From positions 1 through 33,238 of the IMG/VR virus record IMGVR_UViG_3300030376_006155: 33,238 bases of DNA. One strand, 5' to 3'. The notes below the pieces were generated by a model. The model saw only the letters and a list, made by a program, of their open reading frames with translations, was not told where the DNA came from and ran no database searches. The stretch comes from a virus (Duplodnaviria; Caudoviricetes). The translations under genes and the position numbers were made by a program. Positions 8,624 through 16,703 of the stretch are shown in pieces. Positions within the stretch are counted from its first letter, which is position 1; every line of letters starts with the position of its first letter.

Positions 8624-8747
8624 AGTATCTCCATTTATCTGTTACACAATCAATCGCTTCTATACCTATAAAAAGAAAGAGCATAAATATAATCCACGAG
8701 ATTAATGCGATTCCTACATATATTAATATGTTGTTTATTATTTTCAT
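8613..8747 (-). CDS. Small single-TM protein (44 aa)
   Basis: Hand translation MKIINNILIYVGIALISWIIFMLFLFIG... Confidence 0.45.
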   Translation of the reverse strand: MKIINNILIYVGIALISWIIFMLFLFIGIEAIDCVTDKWRYYGN

Positions 8748-8808
8748 TCCTTGTTGGTTAATTTATAAACATTAGTTCCAAAATACCAAACAAAATTATC
8801 ACTCATAT

Positions 8809-9039
8809 TTATAATAAGTCATTACTCCTTCGGTATGGGTCAGAATGTTCGTAGTCTAAATACAGTTCATTTAAGGCGAATTGCCTTTGCTTATCAGTAC
8901 CAAGTTCTAAATCTTTATATAGACCTTCAGCATCTTCATCATAGTAAGTGACGTAGTTATGCTCAGAGAAATATACAGTAATCTCTTTTTTAGTTTGGTC
9001 ATATTTCCAATGTGGATAATCTCCATTATAATCACTCAT
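8809..9039 (-). CDS. Early hypothetical protein
   Basis: AAGGAG RBS. Confidence 0.7.
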   Translation of the reverse strand: MSDYNGDYPHWKYDQTKKEITVYFSEHNYVTYYDEDAEGLYKDLELGTDKQRQFALNELYLDYEHSDPYRRSNDLL

Positions 9040-9040
9040 T

Positions 9041-9160
9041 TTACACTCCTTTTATTAATTTGGCTAGGAGATATACTATCCCCATAAATAACGCCCAAAA
9101 TCCGAAGAATTTAGCCATTTCCCAATACGCCAAGATGGACTCTTTAACATTAAACGACAT
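9041..9160 (-). CDS. Small membrane protein (39 aa)
   Basis: Hand translation MSFNVKESILAYWEMAKFFGFWALFMGIVYLLAK...; fills the gap exactly. Confidence 0.55.
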   Translation of the reverse strand: MSFNVKESILAYWEMAKFFGFWALFMGIVYLLAKLIKGV

Positions 9161-9161
9161 A

Positions 9162-9386
9162 CTATTCCTCTCCCAATGAAAAGCCTAAATGCTTTATTGA
9201 TTTTTCAACCTCTTTAGGCAGTTCGTACACACCATCATAATCCACGAGTTCCCAATCATAAAACCATATACCACCACCTTCACCATAATCATCGTGTTCA
9301 AAATAGCCTCTATGCTCTTTATCGCCATCTTCACATATATAGGTAACCCACTTGCCTATTCTATGTATATTGTCGTATTTCTTCAT
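9162..9386 (-). CDS. Early hypothetical protein
   Basis: AGGAG RBS; LVDYDGVYELPKEV motif. Confidence 0.7.
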   Translation of the reverse strand: MKKYDNIHRIGKWVTYICEDGDKEHRGYFEHDDYGEGGGIWFYDWELVDYDGVYELPKEVEKSIKHLGFSLGEE

Positions 9387-9586
9387 TTATTTTCTCCTGT
9401 TAGCGTGTGTTGAAACATCTCTAAACATTCAATCCAACCACTAAGATTAGCCCACTCCGTTTCATTCATAGTTTTAGTTTCAAGGTGGCTTTTCTCCTGT
9501 TCCAATACATCGTGTACTTGCATCATTAATTTGTTGCGTATATCTGATACACCATCTGCATAGCCTTGTTTATAATCAGCATTCAT
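9383..9586 (-). CDS. Early hypothetical protein
   Basis: GGAGG RBS. Confidence 0.7.
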   Translation of the reverse strand: MNADYKQGYADGVSDIRNKLMMQVHDVLEQEKSHLETKTMNETEWANLSGWIECLEMFQHTLTGENK

Positions 9587-9587
9587 T

Positions 9588-9743
9588 TTATAATTCCTCC
9601 CTTATTGAATTTACATCATCCATTAGGCTTTGAGTAGTGGACATAACCTCATCCAATATTGTAGCCTGTTTCTTTTGTTCTTTTTGTAACTCTCTCAAGA
9701 GTTCTTCATTTTGTGTTAGTATGTTTAGTATTGCACGTTCCAT
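9588..9743 (-). CDS. Small coiled-coil protein (51 aa)
   Basis: Hand translation MERAILNILTQNEELLRELQ...; GGAG RBS. Confidence 0.6.
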   Translation of the reverse strand: MERAILNILTQNEELLRELQKEQKKQATILDEVMSTTQSLMDDVNSIREEL

Positions 9744-9744
9744 T

Positions 9745-9975
9745 TTATAATTCTCCCTTTATAACTTTTTTAGCAAATGCGATTCCTTGCTTATTACCGC
9801 CACATTTAATCAATAATTGACACGCAATATCAATAGGTATATTTTCATCCGTTAGAATGGTTATTAATTGCATATAACCACCATAACCATCTTGAGTAGT
9901 TTTAGGTCTTGATTCAAAACTCTGAACCATCTTCTTGGTTTCATCGCCAATTAATTTATAGTATTGTTCTACCAT
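9745..9975 (-). CDS. Early hypothetical protein
   Basis: GAGGAG RBS. Confidence 0.7.
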   Translation of the reverse strand: MVEQYYKLIGDETKKMVQSFESRPKTTQDGYGGYMQLITILTDENIPIDIACQLLIKCGGNKQGIAFAKKVIKGEL

Positions 9976-10145
9976 TATTTACTCCTCAATAATTCTTCAT
10001 TGGCTTTTTTAGATGCTTTTTCAGATAGAGTTTTAATAGTTTTATAGTCGGCAGTTTTATAGCAATCAGCACAAGTAGATGAATAAGGTCTATATTTTTT
10101 ATTATTACAGACTACACATAGACCATTATTTATTGTTAGTGGCAT
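9975..10145 (-). CDS. Small zinc-binding protein (56 aa)
   Basis: Hand translation with CVVC...CADC; TAATG coupling to the next gene. Confidence 0.55.
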   Translation of the reverse strand: MPLTINNGLCVVCNNKKYRPYSSTCADCYKTADYKTIKTLSEKASKKANEELLRSK

Positions 10146-10147
10146 CA

Positions 10148-10402
10148 TTACTTATCTCCAAAATTATAAGATTTACCATTAACTTTAAGTGATTGTAAAT
10201 TGGATAATTTTATAGTTTTCCAACAATCCTTTTTACCTTTTTTCATTTCCTTAACAATCATATTGCCAACCTTTTTCTGTTCAGCGTTAGATTTCTTAAA
10301 TACCATACGCCTAACCGAGCCATCTAATTTGATGAATATACAAGAGCATATATGACCGCCACTTGCATCTATTATCTGTTTTACTGTTTCAACTTTATTC
10401 AT
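10148..10402 (-). CDS. SH3/Sm-like beta-barrel phage protein (WYL_2/DUF2693-like)
   Basis: FIKLDGSVRRM...WKTIKL motif. Start placed at MNKV after AGGAG. Confidence 0.55.
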   Translation of the reverse strand: MNKVETVKQIIDASGGHICSCIFIKLDGSVRRMVFKKSNAEQKKVGNMIVKEMKKGKKDCWKTIKLSNLQSLKVNGKSYNFGDK

Positions 10403-10619
10403 TTTTTTCTCCTGTGTTATCCACATCATTTTCTACTCTCATTACCTCAGTAAAACCAAGCCAATCATCGGGATACTCTACAACCTTAAAATCATCATCT
10501 TCCGTAGAGACAATTTCAACATCCTTATCTTCACATAGCCTTGCTATAATTAGCCCATCTAATGCTTGTGGGTCATCCACAGATATTATCGCTTTTATTG
10601 TTACCTCAAATTCAGCCAT
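10395..10619 (-). CDS. Acidic hypothetical protein, first gene of the leftward early operon
   Basis: AAGGAG RBS; D/E-rich. Confidence 0.7.
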   Translation of the reverse strand: MAEFEVTIKAIISVDDPQALDGLIIARLCEDKDVEIVSTEDDDFKVVEYPDDWLGFTEVMRVENDVDNTGEKNE

Positions 10620-10819
10620 TGTTACTCTCCTTTTTTATCTTATTAATATTTTCAATTATCTCGCTTAAATCAATTAAAACACTCATCAATCATTTCAACT
10701 GATGTGATAACTTATTAACACTTGTTATTCAATTCCTAATCTTTTTTTCAACAAAAGTTAAAGTTTTTTAGTTTATAGAGGGGGGAGCAAGGGGGGAGTT
10801 TTAAATTGGTAGATATTTC

Positions 10820-10848
10820 TTGCATAGAATTTGGAGATGTTTTAGATT
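10820..10848 (+). promoter_or_regulatory. Sigma70-type promoter TTGCAT-N17-TAGATT
   Basis: Exact 17-nt spacer; predicted start at about 10853-10855, at the first stem of the structured RNA. Confidence 0.6.
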
Positions 10849-10852
10849 ACTC

Positions 10853-11108
10853 GCCCTGTGGATTGGTATACGACACTTGTAGCACAGGGATTTAAGACTC
10901 CATACTACAAGGGGTTCGCAACATATGGAGAAGGCATAGCCTAAGTAACCAATGCCTGTTGCTTGAGATTTACATCTGACAAATAGTTTACTGCTCTGAT
11001 TAGTGTAAAATGAACAGGGTATCCATTTTTTCGGCTCGGCTCGGAGGAATTAAGGATAAGGTCAAACCTTCGTTTAGGCGAGGGGTTGGCGAAGCCTTAT
11101 CCATTTTT
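10853..11108 (+). ncRNA. Unknown ~255-nt structured RNA
   Basis: No long ORF, at least five stems, a terminal hairpin with plus-strand G-U pairs followed by a T run. Confidence 0.6.
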
Positions 11109-11180
11109 CAACTCTCTCAAAGGAATTAAGTAAGAAGTTAAGAAGATTTTCTTTAGAAGTTTTTTTAAAATTAAGAAGTA

Positions 11181-11275
11181 AAATTATAAAAGCAAATTAT
11201 AAATCAAAATTATAAGCACGATTTATAAAATTATAACCCAAAATTATAATAGTAAATTATAATTCAGTATTATAT
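11181..11275. repeat. AAATTATAA repeats at 13-bp spacing (candidate origin/DUE)
   Basis: Exact copies at 11181, 11194, 11207, 11228, 11241 and 11254; degenerate copies at 11220 and 11267. Confidence 0.7.
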
Positions 11276-11593
11276 CAAAAATCGCCTCACTTTTTGCCTC
11301 AAAATCACCTGAAAAAATAGCCTAAAATATTTGGTTGTATTATGCAACCATCCCATCAAATTTATGATGTGTAAATTTTGTGACTTAAAGTATTACTTTA
11401 ACTCTCAAATCTGTAAAATTTACCTAAATTTAACTATTTTTTAAATGTAACACCAAAAAAAGCGTAATTCCAACAAAAAACTTTTTTCTCCTCGTGAAAT
11501 CATCTTTTTTCATTTTTTTACTTGCTTTGTATCATTAACAACCATTAATATTTGTTAGTTGAAACATTAACAATAATTAACAAGGGGTAAAAA

Positions 11594-11722
11594 ATGGAAT
11601 CAATAGACAATTATTTAATATTAATACAGATTATATGTTTAGGGGTTGCAGGTTTATTAATACCTATTATTGCAATACTTACTGTAATTGTTGAAAACCA
11701 AAAATTAAGGGGGAAAAAGTGA
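11594..11722 (+). CDS. Small single-TM protein (42 aa)
   Basis: Hand translation; AAGGGG RBS. Confidence 0.55.
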   Translation: MESIDNYLILIQIICLGVAGLLIPIIAILTVIVENQKLRGKK

Positions 11723-11880
11723 GAAATTTAATGATAAAATTATCTTGTAAAATTCTAAATTATTACTTAGAAAAGAAATTGACTAAAAATTTAGGCGGTG
11801 CAATATCTAATAATAGGACTTTTAATAAACAGTTATTGTTAAAAGAAATCAAAACAAGTTTAATGGAAAAGGCGGTGTAA
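11719..11880 (+). CDS. Small basic protein (53 aa)
   Basis: GTGA overlap; ends just before the Gp88-like gene. Confidence 0.5.
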   Translation: MRNLMIKLSCKILNYYLEKKLTKNLGGAISNNRTFNKQLLLKEIKTSLMEKAV

Positions 11881-11881
11881 T

Positions 11882-12673
11882 ATGTTATTAAGTAAACCAG
11901 AATCAAATTTTAAAATCAGTAAAAACTTAAAAGAAAACTATAATACTTATTCACTTAATTTTGCTCATAGTGATATTAGCGGTTTTAATGTGTGTGCAAT
12001 GGCTAACAGATTAAGTAAAAATGAGAACAATTCTAAAAAATCAAATTGCTCTTCTGATTGTGTCGGATATAACGGAAACGCACAAATTTACAGAGCCGTT
12101 ATGGAATCACGGATTAAAAAAACTTTATCTTATTTTTTAGATAAACAGTCATTTTTGAATCAATTGGTATATGAAGTAGAAAAGGCAATAATCCAAAGTA
12201 ATAAAAAAGGTTTAAAACCATCATTCCGTTTGAATGCTTATAGTGATATACAGTTTGAAAAGGATATAATCAAAGATAATAAAAACATTTTTCAATTATT
12301 CCCTGATGTTAAATTTTATGATTATTCCAAATTGATAAACAGAAAAACACCTAAAAATTATCAGTTGACCTATTCACACCATAACCCCGACTTTAAAGAT
12401 ACTATTATTGCACTTAATAAAGGTTTAAACGTTGCAATAGTTTTTGAGAAATTGCCTAAACAGATAAAAATCAATAATAAAATTTATTCTGTTTTAGATG
12501 GGGATAAAACCGACCTTAGAATAGATGAAACTGATAAACAAGGCAATAATTGTATTATTGGGTTAAAGTTTAAAAAAGGCAATAAAAAATCAGTAACATA
12601 TCAGGACGCTTTAAAAAAGGCGGTTCAAGAGGGTTTTTGTTTATCTGTCAATAATCAATCATTAATTTATTAA
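11882..12673 (+). CDS. Gp88-family protein (Cys-cluster, radical-SAM-like phage enzyme)
   Basis: C...CSSDC, RLNAYSDI, FYDYSK, YQLTYS, NVAIVF and DGDKTDLR motifs. Confidence 0.75.
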   Translation: MLLSKPESNFKISKNLKENYNTYSLNFAHSDISGFNVCAMANRLSKNENNSKKSNCSSDCVGYNGNAQIYRAVMESRIKKTLSYFLDKQSFLNQLVYEVEKAIIQSNKKGLKPSFRLNAYSDIQFEKDIIKDNKNIFQLFPDVKFYDYSKLINRKTPKNYQLTYSHHNPDFKDTIIALNKGLNVAIVFEKLPKQIKINNKIYSVLDGDKTDLRIDETDKQGNNCIIGLKFKKGNKKSVTYQDALKKAVQEGFCLSVNNQSLIY

Positions 12674-12684
12674 AGGGGTATAAA

Positions 12685-12861
12685 ATGAAAACAATACAAA
12701 ATCTAATAGTAATTTTATGGGGGTGTTATATATTACAAGCGGTATACTTTTTTACAGTAGCCAAAACACCTATTTTAATTTCATTAATGTATTTAACTAT
12801 ATGCACTTTGGTTTGTGGTATGTTGTTAAATATGAGCGGTTATAAAGGCGGTATAAAATGA
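12685..12861 (+). CDS. Small two-TM protein (58 aa)
   Basis: Hand translation; AAGGGG RBS; ATGA overlap. Confidence 0.55.
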   Translation: MKTIQNLIVILWGCYILQAVYFFTVAKTPILISLMYLTICTLVCGMLLNMSGYKGGIK

Positions 12862-13079
12862 GTAAAAATACAACATATAAAAACATTGAGATTATATTCT
12901 TAAAGGATAAGACAATATTTATGAATATGCATTCAAGTGATAGATTCATAACCTATAAACCAATTAATAAAAAAGAATCTATAAATTTGATTGATAAAGG
13001 ATATATTATCTTTGAAGGACGTTCAAATACTTATGGGGACTTATCAAAGTATTTTAACAGGTTCGGATACATAGATTAA
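12858..13079 (+). CDS. Hypothetical protein
   Basis: AAGGCGG RBS-like motif. Confidence 0.65.
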   Translation: MSKNTTYKNIEIIFLKDKTIFMNMHSSDRFITYKPINKKESINLIDKGYIIFEGRSNTYGDLSKYFNRFGYID

Positions 13080-13132
13080 AAGGCGGTACTAATTAACCTA
13101 TAACAAAACACCATAACACAAACACAAACAAG

Positions 13133-13159
13133 AACCCAGTTTAAAACGCTGGGTTTTTT
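13133..13159 (+). terminator. Intrinsic terminator
   Basis: AACCCAGT-ttaaaac-GCTGGGTT followed by TTTT. Confidence 0.8.
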
Positions 13160-13591
13160 GTTTCCTACATCTAACACCACCACAAACAAACAACACCACA
13201 AACAGCCAATTTAAATCCAAATAAAAGTAATCTAATTAGTTACGTTTCATTATGTGATTGAATGTAATCAATAATATCTATAAATAGGGCTTTTACGCCT
13301 CTTATTATTCCTGTATTACTACCAAATCAATAAAGCATCTATTTGAAGCTAAATTTGCTATGAATAAGACGTTATCTTGTGAGCGGTGGGGTCTATGTAT
13401 GCCAAGCCATAAAATCAACAGTTTAAGCGGTGTTTATTCGTTCAAGGTTATCAAACTTTTATCTTGCTTAGTTGTTTGATTAGTTGTATGGATTTAAATT
13501 CTTTATTTTGTGCGGTGGATTCATAGCCAAAATTTTGTGACGTGATTTTAAAATTCGTGTGATGTGGTACGGTCAAAACAGGGCTAAAATA

Positions 13592-13649
13592 TTACTCGTA
13601 AGTTACTCGGAAGTGAGGCACACCCCATACCCGTATGTTACTCGTAAGT
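13592..13649. repeat. TTACTCG(T/G)AAGT x3 upstream of terS (candidate pac/TerS sites)
   Basis: Copies at 13592, 13603 and 13638, followed by GGGGGG and A-tracts. Confidence 0.5.
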
Positions 13650-13747
13650 CGTGGGGGGCTACCATTCCTCATAAAACGTAAAACTAACTACCAAAAAAAA
13701 TAAATAAAAAAACTACCACATTTATCTACCATAGTAGTTAAATTACA

Positions 13748-14440
13748 ATGTTTGGTAGAAAGGACAATATGACTAAATTAGTTAAGAACCCTCGTAAAGC
13801 ACACGCTGCTGAGATATATGCCTTAAACCCTGATATTACTGCCCAAGAAGTGGCAGATGCTTTGGGAGTTAAAGTTAGGACTGTGGTAGATTGGAAGAGT
13901 GACCCTAACTTTGTAGATGCTATCTATAATCGGTACATGGTGGAGTTTGGTGGTGAGATTCCTGCGGTGTTGAATGCTATGGTGAGGGAAGCCAAGAGTG
14001 GTAACGTACAAGCAGGTAGATTGATACTTGAGCATAGTGGTAAACTTGTTAAGAATATTAATGTAACTGTAGATTCGCCTTTTGAGAAGTTTATGAAGAA
14101 GGTGGAGGTTGCTGATGTTGTGGATGGTGAGATTGAGGATGTGGTAGAAATCATAAACGAGATTCCTGAAGAAATATTTGAAGGAACTACCTTACCTGAA
14201 CGTGTGATTGAGAACCAAGTTGAACGTACCAAGAAAGAAACAAAGCAAGTCAAAAAGGTAATTAAGACCGAAAGACAGAAGTCTAAATACCTTGACCAAC
14301 GTAAGAAGTGGTATCGGTGGAAGAAACGTGCAGAAGCTGTTGGTGTTGAACCACTATCTGCTAAACGCCCTACGAAGGGACAACGTGTAGCGTGGCAAGA
14401 AGAAATACAAAGGAGAGAACTTGAAGAAAAAGGCAAATAA
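13748..14440 (+). CDS. terS: Putative terminase small subunit (N-terminal HTH)
   Basis: TAQEVADALGVKVRTVVDWKSDPNF HTH plus AKSGNVQA.RL.LE; start may be 13769. Confidence 0.65.
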   Translation: MFGRKDNMTKLVKNPRKAHAAEIYALNPDITAQEVADALGVKVRTVVDWKSDPNFVDAIYNRYMVEFGGEIPAVLNAMVREAKSGNVQAGRLILEHSGKLVKNINVTVDSPFEKFMKKVEVADVVDGEIEDVVEIINEIPEEIFEGTTLPERVIENQVERTKKETKQVKKVIKTERQKSKYLDQRKKWYRWKKRAEAVGVEPLSAKRPTKGQRVAWQEEIQRRELEEKGK

Positions 14441-14600
14441 AAAAGAACTACAAGATATTGTGGCAAGGTTGATTGGTAATGTGGCTATGCTTGAGCAGAA
14501 GGTTGCTTCGTATAACACTTTATTTTCAATGTATGTGAAGTACAAGGATGATAGTGATGAGTTTCAAGCGTTTTTAAAAAAGGAGTTAGGTGATGGTTAA
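14421..14600 (+). CDS. Hypothetical protein (59 aa, TTG start)
   Basis: Hand translation; AGGAG RBS. Confidence 0.55.
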   Translation: MKKKANKKELQDIVARLIGNVAMLEQKVASYNTLFSMYVKYKDDSDEFQAFLKKELGDG

Positions 14601-14742
14601 ATGTTATAATTGTGATTCAGAGATGATTTGGGGCAATGACTTTGACTTTGATGGCTGTGGGTATGAGGGTGAAGGTGTAGTTAGTTGCTTTACTTGCCCA
14701 AGCTGTGATACCTACGCAGAGTTTGTAGTGCCTATTAAGTAA
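14593..14742 (+). CDS. Small zinc-ribbon protein (49 aa)
   Basis: MVKCYNCDSEMIWGND...CPSC; AGGAG RBS. Confidence 0.65.
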   Translation: MVKCYNCDSEMIWGNDFDFDGCGYEGEGVVSCFTCPSCDTYAEFVVPIK

Positions 14743-14989
14743 GCCCCATTAGGTCTATCTCATCTTCTTCAAGGTATTCGCACATCTTCTTATAGACTTC
14801 ACTTGTTATTCTTATATCTTCTGATTCGCCTTCAAATTCTTCATATATAGGCTCTGAATTTAGCTGTATTTTGTCTAATTGCTCTTGCATTGTGGTGAGC
14901 TTGTGATTAAGGTCTATCTGTTGTGTGAATATTAAGGTCAGTACGTCTTTTATGGCTTGAATCTCCTTGAACAGCTTAAATATCTTCAT
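14735..14989 (-). CDS. Hypothetical protein
   Basis: AAGGAG RBS. Confidence 0.7.
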   Translation of the reverse strand: MKIFKLFKEIQAIKDVLTLIFTQQIDLNHKLTTMQEQLDKIQLNSEPIYEEFEGESEDIRITSEVYKKMCEYLEEDEIDLMGLT

Positions 14990-14998
14990 ACTGACTCC

Positions 14999-15445
14999 TT
15001 ATTTTTTTAATGCTTTATGTATTTCCTCTATAAGTGCTTCTGTGTATCTTTCCTGAGCTTTTTTGTCAAACTTGTTTACAAATCGCCTTTGAGTGTTTCT
15101 ACCCTCTCCATTATTGTGCATCCTACCATATTCAATCATATGGAGTCCTTCTTCATCTCCCCTGATGCTTTTGTATAAGACTTTCGTTTTATATAAAGGC
15201 TTTTTGCCATATTTAGCAAATTCAGCTTTAGACCTTGACATAGGGTTTGATTTAGTAAGAGGGGGTTTTACCTTGCCCTGACTTAACATTTTTTTTGCAG
15301 ACTTTGCCTCTTTTTTGTATAGGTCTGCCCTTGACTTTTTCTCAATGCTTTTAAATTTGCGTGCAAGTTTAGGGAAGCTAAAATTCGTTTCTATAAATAT
15401 CTTAGGCATCTTCACCCATATCTTCCATAGCCTGTAAATGCTCAT
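14999..15445 (-). CDS. Virion morphogenesis/neck protein-like (Mu gpG/HK97 gp10-like); start likely about 15409
   Basis: PLYKT..LYKSI...YGRMHNNG...RRF motif; downstream of the portal. Confidence 0.55.
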   Translation of the reverse strand: MSIYRLWKIWVKMPKIFIETNFSFPKLARKFKSIEKKSRADLYKKEAKSAKKMLSQGKVKPPLTKSNPMSRSKAEFAKYGKKPLYKTKVLYKSIRGDEEGLHMIEYGRMHNNGEGRNTQRRFVNKFDKKAQERYTEALIEEIHKALKK

Positions 15446-16703
15446 CTTCCATAGCTTCTCGGTTAGCTTTTATGATAGATTCGGCTTCAGATTTACTTAA
15501 ATCTTTATTGTATTTCATAAGCAGCCCAATTTCATCAACCATATGATGATTAAGCATATGCTCATCCATCAGTATTTGGTCTTGGACTGTTTTTGGATAC
15601 TCAGGCTCTTTAAAGTCTATTTTTAACTCTTCAGGAAGAGAAATATTGTTGTATGATGCAATCTTTTTCTCAATATCATATAAATCATACTCATACATAC
15701 GATAAAGGTCTAAATCGTCTTGATAATCTTCAAAGCGTTCTAAATCCTTAATTTTTAGTGCAATCCCTGATGGAGTTTCTCCACCATCTTGAGCAAATTG
15801 CACATATAAGTGATTATTTTGAGCAACCAAGTCTAGTTGGAACTTAACGGACTCAATTACTGCCTGAATATCACCTTCAGGAGCAGCAATACCAAAAGTA
15901 GACCCTTCGGGTAGGTCAAGTATTGTATCACTCCCTGCTCGTTCCAATTTCTTATCCCCATACATCCCTGTAATGAATGGTTGCCCAAACATTTGGAATC
16001 TTAACCCTAATTGTAGCTCTGTCATCGTTATATTTACCTGTTCATTGCAACTAACAATGTCATTTGCTCCTTCAACGAAGAAAGAATCAATTTGGTCTTC
16101 TCTATGGGTGAATAAAAATGGTATTACGCCATATCCATGCAGATATTCGTTCATAATATTGCCATCTTCATCAAAATGGATGTATCTTTCTTTATCCCAA
16201 TAGGCATAGTGTAACTTTTCAGCAGCAGAAACATCACTTACATTCATCATAATTGGATATGTTATGGCTTCAGGCACAAAGGGGTTCTCGCCAAGATGCA
16301 CATCAAAGTAATAAACAGGTCTATAATCAAAGCAGGGCTGTGGGAGGTCATCACGATATATAACTTGTGTTGCAACAGACCCTACAAGACGAGTCATTCT
16401 TTCAATATGCTTCATTTTAGCATCTTTTTTGCGAGTCAAGGAGGAATACGAATCACTCACATTGCGAGAAGCCCCTACTGTGTAAATTCTTGACATCTTA
16501 TTGATAAATCTGCGTGTAAAGTTAGCATTGTACAGAGGAATCTCTCTAAAAGCATCAGCAGAGAAGTAATCATCAATATATTTTTCAGTTTCTGTGCCTG
16601 TATAGTAATCAAGGAGCTTGCGAATCTCATCTCTTCGTGCTTGTGCTATATTCAGCTTATATTCTTTGACCGACTCTTGTATTATGTCTATCGGGTTCAT
16701 CAT
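15402..16703 (-). CDS. Portal protein (SPP1 gp6-like)
   Basis: 433 aa after TerL; LDYYTG, HGYGVIPF, SGIALK and IDF..P motifs. Confidence 0.85.
   Translation of the reverse strand: MMNPIDIIQESVKEYKLNIAQARRDEIRKLLDYYTGTETEKYIDDYFSADAFREIPLYNANFTRRFINKMSRIYTVGASRNVSDSYSSLTRKKDAKMKHIERMTRLVGSVATQVIYRDDLPQPCFDYRPVYYFDVHLGENPFVPEAITYPIMMNVSDVSAAEKLHYAYWDKERYIHFDEDGNIMNEYLHGYGVIPFLFTHREDQIDSFFVEGANDIVSCNEQVNITMTELQLGLRFQMFGQPFITGMYGDKKLERAGSDTILDLPEGSTFGIAAPEGDIQAVIESVKFQLDLVAQNNHLYVQFAQDGGETPSGIALKIKDLERFEDYQDDLDLYRMYEYDLYDIEKKIASYNNISLPEELKIDFKEPEYPKTVQDQILMDEHMLNHHMVDEIGLLMKYNKDLSKSEAESIIKANREAMEDEHLQAMEDMGEDA

Noticed and set aside
9011-10425. Perfect DnaA boxes at 9011 and 10417
   Set aside because: Isolated, inside coding sequence, and not clustered at the putative origin.
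10853-11108. tRNA or tmRNA identity for the structured RNA
   Set aside because: No T-loop GTTCRA consensus, cloverleaf or CCA acceptor stem was recognised.
11181-11275. CRISPR-like array
   Set aside because: Repeats of 9 bp with 4-bp spacers are far too short.
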